Positions 15,068-28,600 of a stretch of 64,000 bases of DNA are shown piece after piece; the stretch's first letter is position 1, and every line of letters starts with the position of its first letter. Source of the stretch: Eledone cirrhosa (taxonomy: Eukaryota); NCBI GenBank assembly GCA_964016885.1, contig OZ024749.1:56296001-56360000 (forward strand), written 5' to 3'. A model generated the notes under the pieces. It was not told the DNA's origin. It worked only from the letters and a program-made list of their open reading frames with translations, and made no database searches. The position numbers and the translations under genes are program-made.

Positions 15068-15360
15068 ATCATCATCATCATTTCATCATTTCATTTTACG
15101 TCCGCTTACCCCCTGCTTGCAAGGGTGGGACGGAAACTGATTCTGGCTCGATTTCTACAGCTGGATGCCCTTCCTAACACCAACCTCATTTACAGTGAGT
15201 GCTGGGTGCTTTTTTGCCGTGGCACCTACACGACCACTTTGCAGTGGAATGATTTGGACCCCAGTCCCTATCATCTCATTTCTACAGCTGAATAAACTGG
15301 AGCAACATGAAATAAAGTGTCTTGCTTCACTTGCTCTAACCAGTAAGCCATGTGCCTCCA
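15068..15360 (-). mobile_element. Internally deleted tRNA/CORE-like SINE with RTE-type body and tail
   Basis: Minus strand reads: head GGAGGCACATGGCTTACTGGTTAGAGC, CORE-like AGCAAGACACTTTATTTCATGTTGCTCCAG, the GGAAGGGCATCCAGC segment, then tail CCCACCCTTGCAAGCAGGG..GCGGACGTAAAATGA(TGA)n shared with the RTE at 51087. Confidence 0.7.
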
Positions 15361-15515
15361 TAAATATATATATAAATATATATATATATAAATATATATA
15401 TATATCTAAATATATATATATATAAATATATATATATAAATATATGTATATATATAAATATATGTATATATATAAATATATGTATATATATAAATATATG
15501 TATATATATAAATAT

Positions 15516-15582
<67 letters not shown>

Positions 15583-15713
15583 AATATATATATATATGTA
15601 TATATATAAATATATATATATATATGTATATATATAAATATATATATATATATATGTATATATATAAATATATATATATATATAAATATATATATAAATA
15701 TATATATATATAA

Positions 15714-15746
<33 letters not shown>

Positions 15747-15765
15747 AATATATATAAATATATAA

Positions 15766-15808
<43 letters not shown>

Positions 15809-16500
15809 TATATATAAATATATAAATATATATATAAATATATATATATATAAATATATATATAAATATATATATATATATAAATACATATATAAATATA
15901 TATATATAAATATATATAAATATATAGATATATATATATATATATATATATTCTTTGTCAAATATGTGTTATATTACACATATACAATGTCTATTACTAC
16001 TCTATTATGCATTCCAGCCAATAGGATGAGGCCATGATGGGGCACTGCATGATTTATTTCAGAAACGGTCTATTTTTTTATTTTCATTTAATTTTAATTT
16101 TATATACATACATATATATATTTTACCTTTCTGTTTTTAATGCACCAGATGTGTGATGGGAGTCATGGGAGTCATGGAAGGCTGGGGGGCAGTTTTACAC
16201 TTCATATAATTAAAATGTTTTGTGTTTTTTTTTAAAAGAATAGTGGTTCTGTCGCTGTTGTCCTAAAAATAATGTGTGGCTTTGATGTAGTGTCTTTATT
16301 ACAAGTGCTAGACATCTTCGGAAATGCAGTCGGGTTAATGAGTGCAGGTTTGATTTCATATAACAGAAGGGGACGAGGGGGGCGAGGGGTAGTGGTGGTG
16401 AGTGGAGGGGGGGTCTTGAGATATGTTTAGAGAATTCTTTCAAGTACTGATTTAAAATGTAATAAATAAATATATAATTAAATAAATAATTAAATAAACA

Positions 16501-16540
<40 letters not shown>

Positions 16541-17048
16541 TTACCACATTCTGAGAAGTCGTATGAGCATAAGCCAGAGTCGGTGATAGAAAACGATCAG
16601 GTGAAGGTGTTGTGGGATTTTAGGATACAGACGGACAAGAAACTGGAACACAATAGACCTGACCTGGTGGTTTTGGACAAGGAAAAAAGATCGTGCCTGA
16701 TTGTGGATGTGGCCTGCCCATTTGACACGAGAGTGCAAGAGAAGGAGAGGGAGAAAATTAACCGATACCAGGACTTAAAGTGGTAGGTAAAAAGGATTTG
16801 GAACTGCCATGAAATGAAAGTGGTCCCGATTGTCATAGGCGCACTAGGTACTATCTCAAAAAGTTTCCAGGAATGGTTAAAGAAAATTGGCCCCGCCACG
16901 CTTTTTGAAACGCTTCAAAGGGCATGCTTGCTGGGAACAGCAAGAACCCTCCGATACGTCCTGAATATCTGAGGCTGCAGGTAGTGGCTTGATATTCATT
17001 TCAACAAACTTTCCAGTTAACTAACATCAATGACTGAGACTCAAAGAA
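16541..17048 (+). mobile_element. 5'-truncated R4/Dong-like non-LTR retrotransposon (restriction-like endonuclease domain, one nonsense codon)
   Basis: Frame 16541-16972 encodes YEHKPESVIEND..LWDFRIQTD..HNRPDLVV..IVDVACPFD..EK..RYQDLKW*..VVPIVIGALG..LQRACLLGTARTLR. In-frame TAG at 16784. (TAA)n on both sides. Confidence 0.85.
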
Positions 17049-17432
17049 CAATAATAATAATAATAATGTCGAGAAGACATTCGGCAAGAAATGGAAACAA
17101 AACTGAAGGAAGAAGAAAGAAAAAGACCACAAATAATAATTTGATATTAGAGATAGAACAGATACTCTATACCATTTCCTGCCAGCATGACTTGGCAAGC
17201 TATTTAGAACACTGGTTTAACCGCTTTACTTCCCTCCGAAGAAGAGATATTATCTTGAAAATTAAGGACATTTAAATAAATCTAAGGTAAAAGACTGTCA
17301 ACAATATCTTTTGCATTTGCATTCTTTATTCTATGTCCATACCTGCATTGTTTTGGCTTTATTATACATATACAAACGTTTATACCTCATTACACAATGC
17401 TTCAAGTGAACTATAACTTCCTCCTTAATAAT

Positions 17433-17643
17433 AATAATGGTTTCTACTTTAGGCACAAGGCCAGCAATTTTTGGGGGGAGAGGGGAAAGTCCATTAACCC
17501 CAATACATTACTGGTACTTTATTTTATCGACCCTGTAAGGATGAAAGGTAAAGCTAACCCCAGCGGGATTTGAACTCAGATCATAAAGGGTCGTAACTGT
17601 GCATATTGTCCGACGCTCTATCGACACTGACAATCCACCGTCC
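17433..17643 (-). mobile_element. tRNA-derived SINE
   Basis: Reverse complement of the 1727 family, with an (ATT)n tail. Confidence 0.8.
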
Positions 17644-18564
17644 TCAGGAACAGAGAGAGAGAGGACAGAGAGAGAGAGAGTAAGAAATAATGACAGTAAA
17701 TATCCATTCATAAGATCCCCGGCCCCTCCTTAATACTTGACAGAAATAACAGATTTATAGAAAATACTTTTGACAAAACTAATTATCGAACAAGACAATG
17801 TCCCCTACACTCCACCCCTTCATATATACACCTACACCGCCCTCCCCCACACACCAATCCCCACCTACACCTCATCTACACACACACAACACCACACACG
17901 ACACCACATACAATGCCACACTACACACACATCCACACCAAACACTCACACTACACACACCCACATACACACCAAACACTCACACTACACACACCCACAT
18001 GCACACACTCACATACACACCAAACACTCACTCACACTACACACACACACCAAACACTCACTCACACTACACACACACACCAAACACTCACTCACACTAC
18101 ACACACACCAAACACACCAAACACTCACTCACACTACACACACACTCCACACACACCAAACACACACTACACACATATACACCAAACACTCACACTACAC
18201 ACTACACACACACACGCACCAAACACTCACTCACACTACACACACACCAAACACTTACTCACACCAAACACTCACTCACACTACACACACACACCAAACA
18301 CTCACTCACACTACACACACACACACCAAACACTCACTCACACTACACACACACTACACACACATCAAACACTCACTCACACTACACACACACTACACAC
18401 ACACCAAACACTCACTCACACTACACACACATACTACACACATACACACAATGAAAGAGATTTTATTAATACCACAAAGAACTAATTTATTAAATCATTG
18501 TTCTGAAAAATATGAATGATTTACACAATCCGAGCTTTAAGATCCTCCATTGTTTATAGAGGAG

Positions 18565-18622
<58 letters not shown>

Positions 18623-18718
18623 CGTACACATATATATATAGAGAGACACAGATATCGTATATATATATATATATTTATATCGTACACATATATATAGAGA
18701 GAGAGAGTCACAGATATC

Positions 18719-18758
<40 letters not shown>

Positions 18759-18792
18759 CGTACACATATATATAGAGAGAGACACAGATATC

Positions 18793-18827
<35 letters not shown>

Positions 18828-18924
18828 ACACATATATATAGAGAGAGAGTCACAGATATCGTATATATATATATATATATATATATCGTACACATATATA
18901 TAGAGAGAGAGAGTCACAGATATC

Positions 18925-18988
<64 letters not shown>

Positions 18989-19171
18989 TACACATATATA
19001 TAGAGAGAGAGAGTCACAGATATCGTATATATATATATATATATCCCCCAAAAGAATGATACCGGAAATCCAAAAGTGTCAATATACAAAAAAAAACACA
19101 CACACACACACACACAGAAAAACACAAACACAAACAAACAAATAAACATACAGACAGACAGACAAACAGAT

Positions 19172-19202
<31 letters not shown>

Positions 19203-19804
19203 TAGACAAACAGACAAACAGAAATATCAACAACAAACATTTTTATTTCAACGAAACAAAAAGGAAAGATAAAATGATGATAAATTCTTTAGAAGTCTTT
19301 AAGAAGTTTATTTATTTTTACTGAAGAATTATTTTTCCCGCTCTGCATAAAACAATAACAATTCTGGGAAAAGCTGGTCAATTTACAATGGAAGATGAGG
19401 AGGAAAAGAGGAGGAAAATATCTTAAATAGATGCTTAATAATGGGTAGACTATATATATATATATATATATCATATATATATATATAAACATATAATATA
19501 GATATATATATATATGATATCTAGGAATAAATTAAGGTGTAATATCAAATAGTTGAAAGAATACGTTATAAAGGTCTATAGAATATATAGAATAGAGAAT
19601 AGAGAAAATACAGAACAATAATACAAAGGGACAAAGTAATAAGTAATAATATATCTTGAGGGGTTTTATTATTTTAATGTTTTCTTCTGAAGAATAAGGA
19701 ACATCAATTAGATAGGAAAACAATGGAATTTAAATCTGAGAACATGGTGGGGGTGGGAGGGAGGAGGGAAATAGTTGGTGTTATGTAATATTACAATATG
19801 TATT

Positions 19805-20356
19805 AAATAATTGTTTCTACTTTTGGCACAAGGCCAGCAATTATCCAGTACATTACTGGTACTTTATTTTATCGACCCCATAAGGATGAAAGGCAAAGTT
19901 AACCTCGGCGGGATTTGAATGTATTAAATAATGGCTTCTTATATAGGCACAAGACCAGTAACTTGGGGGAGGGGAAAGTCGATTAAATCAACCCCAGTGC
20001 GTGACTGGTACTTTATTTTATCAACCCAGTAAGGATGAAAGGCAAAGTTAACCTCGGCGGGATTTGAACTCAGATCATAAAGGAACGTAACTCTATGCTG
20101 CAAATCATGGCGTTCGACCCTCTACCGATACTGCCAATTCCCCGCCCTGTAATATGTATTAAATAATTGTTTCTACTTTTTGGCACAAGGCCAGCAATTA
20201 TCCAGCGCATTACTGGTACTTTATTTTATCGACCCCGTAAGGATGAAAGGCAAAGTTAACCTCGGCGGGATTTGAACTCAGATCATAAAGGGACGTAACT
20301 CTATGCTGCAAAGCATGGCGTCCGACCCTCTACCGATACTGCCAATCCACCGCCCT
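19805..20356 (-). mobile_element. Tandem stack of three tRNA-SINE copies
   Basis: Units at ~19805-19918 (5'-truncated), ~19930-20147 and ~20163-20356, each bordered by TGTATTAAATAAT. Confidence 0.85.
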
Positions 20357-20447
20357 GTAATATGTATTAAATAATTATTAAATAATGACACACAAATATG
20401 TTACATACATAGAACATTCCACATGTGTATGATGTGTGCTGTATATC

Positions 20448-20519
<72 letters not shown>

Positions 20520-21369
20520 TGTAATACCGTAGTTATATCACTGTCATGTCAATACAACATATCTTGGACAATGTTTATAACTGGCGGTATACCCTCTCAC
20601 CAGGTGTCAGGGTGTGTATTTATGTGTGTCAGAGTGTGTATGTGTCTGTGTGTGTCACTGAGTGTGTTTATGTGTGCTAGTGTGTGTGTGTCAGAAAGTG
20701 TGTGTGTGTGCATGTCAGTGAGTGTATGTGTATGTGTATGTCAGTGTGTGTATGTGAAAGAGGAGGGAGAATGAATGTATGTGTCAGATGGATGGAGAGA
20801 GAGAGAGAGAGAGGTGGGAGAGAGGAAAGAGAAAGTCAGAAAGGAATAAATGAAGGGGAGGGTACGTGTGTGTGTGTGCGTCTGTATCATTCATGTTTGT
20901 GTGCATATGGTTATGTGTGTATATGTATATGTGTAAGCATGCATATATGTGTGTGTGTGTACATGCATGCATTTATGTATGTGTACATGTGTATACATGT
21001 GTGTGTGCATATATGTGTGTATGTATATGTAGGTACATCTTTTTTTATTATGATTGTATATTACAAAGAAATTGGAAGAAAGCAGAAGACAGATGAATGG
21101 ACAAACAGACAGAATTATGAAAGAAACACATTTCTTTTGTGTCTTTTTTTTTTGTTTCTTTTTTTCAAATTATACCAGTAAAAGAAGATTTTTTTGAAAT
21201 ATTTTTTATATTTTTTACTTTTGTTGTTTTAATGTTTTATTATTTTTCTTTGTTGTATTTCTCCTCCGTTTTTGACAACTACAAAAATGGAGGAGAAAAC
21301 CTTTCAAATATTTTTCAAAATTTCTTTAAAATAATTTTTTTCTCACATGTCCACTCCTCACTTCTTTCT

Positions 21370-21741
21370 TTCTCTCTCTCTCTCACACACACGCTTTATC
21401 TCTCTCTCACACACACACGCTTTATCTCTCTCTCACACACACGCTTTATCTCTCTCTCACACACACACGCTTTATCTCTCTCTCACTCTCTCTCACACAC
21501 ACACGCTTTATCTCTCTCTCACACACACGCTTTATCTCTCTCTCACACACACACGCTTTATCTCTCTCTCACACACACGCTTTATCTCTCTCTCACACAC
21601 ACACGCTTTATCTCTCTCTCACTCTCTCTCACACACACACGCTTTATCTCTCTCTCACTCTCTCTCTCACACACACGCTTTATCTCTCTCACTCTCTCTC
21701 TCTCACACACACGCTTTATCTCTCTCTCACACACACACGCT

Positions 21742-21781
<40 letters not shown>

Positions 21782-21931
21782 CGCTTTATCTCTCTCTCAC
21801 ACACACACGCTTTATCTCTCTCACTCTCTCTCTCTCGCACACATGCTTTATCTCTCTTTCTCTCACACATGCTTTATCTCTCTCTCTCTCTCTCTCTCAC
21901 ACGCTTTATCTCTCTCTCTCTCACATGCTTT

Positions 21932-21962
<31 letters not shown>

Positions 21963-21995
21963 GCTTTATCTCTCTCTCTCTCTCTCACATGCTTT
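21370..21995. repeat. Compound (CT)n(CA)n-GCTTTAT minisatellite
   Basis: Recurrent ACACGCTTTATCTCTCTCTC units of variable length. Confidence 0.9.
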
Positions 21996-22720
21996 ATATC
22001 TCTCTCCCTCCCATCTTCTCACTTTATATATCTCTCTTGCTTTACCTCTCTTTCTCTCTCACTTTATAACTATGTCTCATTTTCTATCTCTTTCTCACTT
22101 TATCTTTCACTCTATATCTCCCTCTCTCTCACGTTCTTACTTTATCTCTCTCTCTCTCTCAGTTTATCTCTCACTCTCTCATGTTATCTCTCTCTCTCTC
22201 TCCATATTTTCCTCACCTTGAAATACCTGACAAGAAAGTTAATGACAACACACCCAACTCTGTTATCTCAAAGATGGCCAATCTTATCCAGTGATTATTT
22301 ACATTTTATTTTTCTATAAATTCCTTTTTTATTTTCCTATTTCCACCTATCTTTAATATCAAAACATGAACAATCCCCCCCCTCTTACCTTCTCACCACC
22401 CACCACCACCTGAAAAATCAAAAATAATCAAATAAACAAATAAAACTATAGTCAAGTCATTATGAACATTCACTTAACAAACATTACAGTTCCATGTTTG
22501 GCCCCACCATGAACAAACCTTGGACAAGTCTCTTCTAATGTAACCTCAAATTTTCCAATAAGATGTGAGTATAATTTGGCAGATGGAAACTATGCTGAGA
22601 GCCCACTTGCATCACCACCATCGATGTTTTTACATCAGCTTTGCCACACTGACATGAAGAGAATGGGGTCTTTTTGAGGATGTGTTTTATGAGTAGTACT
22701 ATGTCTAATTTCTTTCCGTC

Positions 22721-23517
22721 TCTTGCCTCTCACCATCTCTCACCCCCACCACCCTGACTCTCACCTCCCTCTCTCCCATCATCTCTTGCCTCTCACCATC
22801 TCTCACCCCCACCACCCTGACTCTCATCTCCCTCTCTCCCATCATCTCTTGCCTCTCACCATCTCTCACCCCCACCACCCTGACTCTCATCTCCCTCTCT
22901 CCCATCATCTCTTGCCTCTCACCATCTCTCACCCCCACCACCCTGACTCTCACCTTGCTCTCTCCCATTATCTCTTGCCTCTCACCATCTCTCACCCCCA
23001 CCACCCTGACTCTCACCTCCCTCTCGCCCATCATCTCTTGCCTCTCACTATCTCTCACCCCCACCACCTTGACTCTCATCTCCCTCTCTCCCATCATCTC
23101 TCTTGCCTCTCACCATCTCTCACCCCCACCACCCTGACTCTCACCTCCCTCTCTCCCATCATCTCTTGCCTCTCACTATCTCTCACCCCCACCACCTTGA
23201 CTCTCATCTCCCTCTCTCCCATCATCTCTCTTGCCTCTCACCATCTCTCACCCCCACCACCCTGACTCTCACCTCCCTCTCTCCCATCATCTCTTGCCTC
23301 TCACCATCTCTCACCCCCACCACCCTGACTCTCACCTCTCTCTCTCCCATCATCTCTTGCCTCTCACCATCTCTCACCCCCACCACCCTGACTCTCACCT
23401 CTCTCCCATCATCTCTTGCCTCTCACCATCTCTCACCCCCACCACCCTGACTCTCATCTCCCTCTCTCCCATCATCTCTTGCCTCTCACCATCTCTCACC
23501 CCCACCACCCTGACTCT
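22721..23517. repeat. 63-bp pyrimidine-rich minisatellite (~12.5 units)
   Basis: Unit TCTTGCCTCTCACCATCTCTCACCCCCACCACCCTGACTCTCACCTCCCTCTCTCCCATCATC. Confidence 0.95.
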
Positions 23518-23676
23518 TCTGTCACTGAAGATATTGGTTAATGTACAACTGATTGCAAGAAGTATTCTTCAACACAAACAACAACAAAACATACAAAAAT
23601 AAGCTGTCTTCTCCACTTTCATTTTGTCTGTTTAAGATTTGCCTGTCTATGCTTCTCTCTCTCTCCCTCTCTCCTT

Positions 23677-23729
<53 letters not shown>

Positions 23730-24157
23730 TGTTGCCTTATCCTTCTCTCTCTGCATCTGTCTGTCCCTCTCCTTATCTCTCTCTCTCTCTCTCCTTTACT
23801 GTCCCTCTCTCTCCATCTATGTCCTTCTCTCTCTCTCTCTCTCCGTCTATGTCCTTCTCTCTCTGCATCTGTGTGTGTGTCTCTCTCTCTCTCTCACATA
23901 CACATACAACAAGACCTGAATGCTGACATAAAAATGTTCTGACAATAAACATAAAAGAAGAAGAGCATCATTGAATAAATGACAGCCGTAGTAGAGGGGA
24001 GATGGGGGGGGGTTACTGTTGGGGGGGGTAGTGACGAGATTTGGAGGAGACGAGAGTTGGGAAGAGGAGAGTCAGGGAGGGACATGGAGAAGATGAGAGC
24101 TGGGGGTACAATGGGAGTCGAGAGACAGGGATCGAGAGATGGTGAGCAGCAGAAGAC

Positions 24158-24432
24158 TGGGAGATGAGAGTCGGGCTGCGGGAGAGATGGTGAGAGGCAA
24201 GAGACGATGGGAGAGAGGGCGATGAGAGTCGGGCTGCGGGAGGGATGGTGAGAGGCAAGAGACGATGGGAGAGAGGGAGATGAGAGTCGGGCTGCGGGAG
24301 GGATGGTGAGAGGCAAGAGACGATGGAAGAGAGGGAGATAAGAGTCAGGGTGGTGGTGGGTGAGAGATGGGGTGGGGCAAGAGACGATGGAAGAGAGGGT
24401 GATGAGTCAGGGTGGTGGTGGGTAGAGATGGG
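24158..24432. repeat. Inverted, diverged relative of the 22721 minisatellite (~55-bp units)
   Basis: GATGGTGAGAGGCAAGAGACGATGGGAGAGAGGG..ATGAGAGTC is the reverse complement of the core of the 63-bp unit. Confidence 0.8.
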
Positions 24433-24839
24433 GTGGGGTAGAGGAATGATATACAGGTTAAATACAAGTGGCTGTTATGTCAGTAAATCAGAGCAACAGA
24501 CCTTCCCCTGGCTTGACATATCATATAATGAGAAGAAGTAATGGAGGCAGGAGAGAGATAGATGCTTTTTTTTTTATTTCTTGATATATTCCTTTTACCT
24601 GTCAACTGCATATTGAGACATCAGTTGGAGACAGGTACACACATACAAGCATAGTCAGACTTACATATACACACAGACATACACTCACACACAGACATAC
24701 ATGGACACATACAGACACACACACTCACTCACTCACACAGGCACAGAGTGAGAGAGGTACACACAGAGGTACACTGACATAGACAGACAAATGGACAGAT
24801 AGATATGTAGGTAGATAGATAGATAGATATGTAGGTAGG

Positions 24840-24873
<34 letters not shown>

Positions 24874-24875
24874 TA

Positions 24876-25345
24876 TTTCTTTATTAGCCACAGGGGCACA
24901 AAAGAAGGGGACAAATACAAAGGGGGAAGTTTACATACAATAAAAACGTGTAAAATGTTATCACAGATGGAATTTAAAAGTTAGTCGATTTTCCCCAATA
25001 GAGGGAGACAGTTTATATGGGTAACACAGACCCCCGAAAAAAAATGTGCAACCCTCATCTCCAGGAGTACGAAGAGCTTGTACTCCTTTCCTCTCCTCCT
25101 CCTTTTCCTCAACCTACAGGCTGATATAGAGAGAAGGCCCATTCACTCGGGCCATTCTCGCCACTTTCACCCACCTTTCATAAAACTTGCTGGGGTACAG
25201 CACCTCTCTCTCCATCCTGATTCTTCTTCCAAAGTGGTATTTGAAAAAAAGAATCAGTTGTTGGCCGGAGAGAAAGGTGTCTGACCTCAGCCCTTTCAAC
25301 CTTGTCCACCATACAACCTCTTTCGCCATAGCTATCACACAAAGG
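24876..25345 (-). mobile_element. 5'-truncated Tx1-like LINE, subfamily B (copy 1)
   Basis: Encodes the ORF2 C-terminus (..AMAKEVVWWTRLKG..GPSLYISL*) plus 3' UTR. About 6 differences from 31463-31933. (GATA)n on both sides. Confidence 0.92.
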
Positions 25346-25629
25346 TAGATAGATAGATAGATAAGTTTCTTTTATTTGCCACTAGGGCATCAAAAGTGGG
25401 ACAAGTACAAAGGGGGGGAGTTTACACAAAAAGGCGTCCTCAATAAGGAGGAGGCAATAACAAAATATAAAAATAAAATAAGATATAACAAAAAATAAAA
25501 TTTTTAACAAAATCCTCAATAGAGAGGAGGCGCCTTGGGGGGGTCGCACACACCCCCGAAAAAAGTGTGCAACCCTTTTCCTCAGGAGCACAGAGAGGGG
25601 GTGCTCCCTCGTTCCTTCCTCTTTTCCAC

Positions 25630-28600
25630 CTACAGGCTTATGTAAAGAGAAGGCCCATTCACACGGGCCATTCTCGCCACTTTCACCCACCTTTCATAAA
25701 AACGACTGGGGTGCAGCACCTCTCTCTCCATCCTGATCCTTCTTCCGAAATGATATCGGAAGAAACGGACCAGTTGTTGGCCAGAGAGAAAGGCGCCCGA
25801 CCTCAGTCCTTTCAGACGCGTCCACCATACAACCTCTTTCGCCATGGCTATTACGCACAGAAACACCGCCTCTGCTTCATCTTTGAAGGGGGGAGGCGGC
25901 TTGATCATTACAATAGACTCGGTGGTCAACCGGATCGGTCCCACCCTTGACAGCAGTTGTTCGACATAGCCCCACAGATCGGCTACGCCCGAGCAGTGTA
26001 CCAATGCGTGTGCAACGGTTTCCTCGTCGCACACGCATCTGGGACAGATCTTTTTGGCGGGGTCCCTACCCGGGCGCCCGTGTCTGTAGAGCCTTTCTCG
26101 AACGGGTAAAGCCCCTCGGTAGCACTGCCAGGCCAGGGACTTCTGGAAGTTGTCCATAGGTCCCGGGCTGAATGTCCTACCGAACAGGCTGGCCAGTTCG
26201 TCCTCCTCCATGTCTAGGGCTTCTCCGAGGGCGTCGTCGCACCTGCTGCGTACCAGCCCTCTATAGAATGTTGCGGTGGAGTCTCCACTGATAACCGGAT
26301 CCGCCTGCCAGAGGGCGGTGAGCGCCTGGGCACACTCAGTGTGCCAGGCGCCCAGTTTTCTCGGTCTCTGCTTGACCCAGGATTGCAGTTCGGTGAGTGA
26401 GACGAGTCTGGGAAAGGTTCGTCTCACAAACGGGGCCCACACCGGTTGTCCGGTGAGGAATACGTAGAGGTGCCGTAGCCTTAATGCGTGTTTACGCATC
26501 ATTAGCCACGGCATCCCCAGCCCTCCTTTCGAAGGGTGTTGACAGCAGATGGATCTCCTCACCATAGGAGCCCGCCCCTTCCAAAGGAATTGGAAGAGCG
26601 CGCGCTCCATCTTGGTGAGGGTTTCCCTTGGGCAGGGCACTACGGTCAGGCGGTAGTAGATGACGGACGCTATATAAGTGTTCGCCACCTCCGCCCGACC
26701 TTTCAGGGATAGTTTGCAACTGGCCCACTTCTGGGTCAGTGCAAACACCCTGTTCGTAACCTCCGCCCAGTTTTTCTCCACCTGGAGGTCCGGTCCGAAC
26801 CAGACCCCGAGCAACTTCACCGGGCCCTCCGTCCAGCGTCCGACGACGCCATCGGAAGGCATCGGTCTGCCCCTCCACGTGCCGAGTTGCAAACCGATCG
26901 ACTTGTCCCGGTTCAGCTTAGCCCCTGTGAACTTTTCGTACTCCTCCAGTAAGGTGCCGACCGCCTCGATTTCGGAGGCCGTCGACACCATTACTGTCAC
27001 ATCATCGGCGTAGGCTGACACCGCTTTCCGCAATCCCGGTTCCAAAGGGATGCCCTGCAACAACTCCAACTTCCGCAGTAGTGGCTCGAGAGTCAACACA
27101 TACAGAAGGGAGGAGAGAGGGCACCCTTGTCGGATGGACCGCGCGATTTTGAACGGCTCCGAGAGGTAACCGTTCACCTTGACCCTAGAGCAGATGCGGC
27201 TGCTGTGCATAGCAGTGATCCAGCCCCTGAAAACGGGTCCGAAGCCTGCCGCCGCTAGCACCGCATCCAGGTAACCATGGTCGACCCTATCGAACGCCTT
27301 AGATTGATCCAAGTTGATCAGAGCCCCACCAAAGCCGGGTTCGTTCCCAACCCTCTCTATGATGTATCGCATGAGGTGGAGGTTGTCATGGATGGACCTG
27401 GACGGGATAGCGCATGTCTGCGCATCTCCCACCAGGTTGCCCACGACAAGCGCCAACCTCTTTGCTAGCACTTTGGCCAAAATCTGTAACTCTGTATTTA
27501 GCAGAGTTATGGGCCTGAAGTTACTTATTTCGTCCCCCTTGTTCTCGTCCTTCCTCACTAGCGTGACTACGCCCTTGGTCACAGTACAGGGAATTCTCCC
27601 GTTCTGTTGCCAGTTGCAGTAGACCGCCTCGAGGAGATCGGGGAACAAGTCCGGCATAGCTAGATATAATTCGTAAGGAAGACCATCGAGACCCGGGGAT
27701 TTGCGTTTGCCGCATTGGCCCAGCACGTCCTCTATCTCAGCGGCCGAAATCGGCTCCTCGCAAGACTTCGCCTCCCTGTCCGAGAGGCGCGGCAGGCCGT
27801 CGAGGTATGGATCGAAGTCCACGTTTCCAACCGGCTCCCCGCCCCTCCCGAACAGTCGGGCAAAGTGCCTTTGAAAGGCCTCACACATCTGCTTAGGCTC
27901 AAGAATCGCCCGTCCATCCAGGTCTCGCAAAGACCGGATGGTGGATTTAGTTCCACTGTTGGCCTCTGTCACGCGGGCCCAGCTAACAGCTTTGGCCCCC
28001 TCGTTCCCTAGAGCACGTATTTTACTTCGGACAACGCAGCCTTCGTGCTTCGCGTCGAAAAACTGGCTCAAAGCCGTTCTCGACGCTAGCACTCTGGCCA
28101 CGTCGCCGCTTCTAATTGCCTCTTCTACTCTATCTATTAGCTCCCTTTCCTTCCTATTCCTATCCGCAGCTAGAACCTTACTAAATTCAATCGAGACTAC
28201 TCTAATCTCTCTCTTTAGAGATACCCACCACCTGCTGTTGACGATCGCTCCAGTCAACCGTTCCTTAACTAACGTACTAATCCGATTCCTGTAGGCTCTA
28301 CTTGCCGGCAAGGACAAGTTGAGCTTCCAGTAACCGGGGCCCTGTCTATGCGTTCTATCAAGGTTGACCATGCAGGTCACCAACTTGTGGTCTGAATAGC
28401 CAACCATGAGCATTTCTGGACAACTTAAAAAGTCCCTGTCCTTATTTCTAACTAAAAATCTATCTAGGTACGATCTAGATGATCCGCTGCGATTTGACCA
28501 AGACCAGGTTGGCACCGTCGGAAAATCTAGTCGAAATCTATCGGCCAGGTCAAATCGGCCGAGTAACCCCTTGAGGCTGTTGCACCCCTCTCTATCGGGA

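Noticed and set aside
22705-23602. ORFs with a 21-aa repeat
   Set aside because: A by-product of a 63-bp minisatellite. The frame is broken by 2-bp indels between units.
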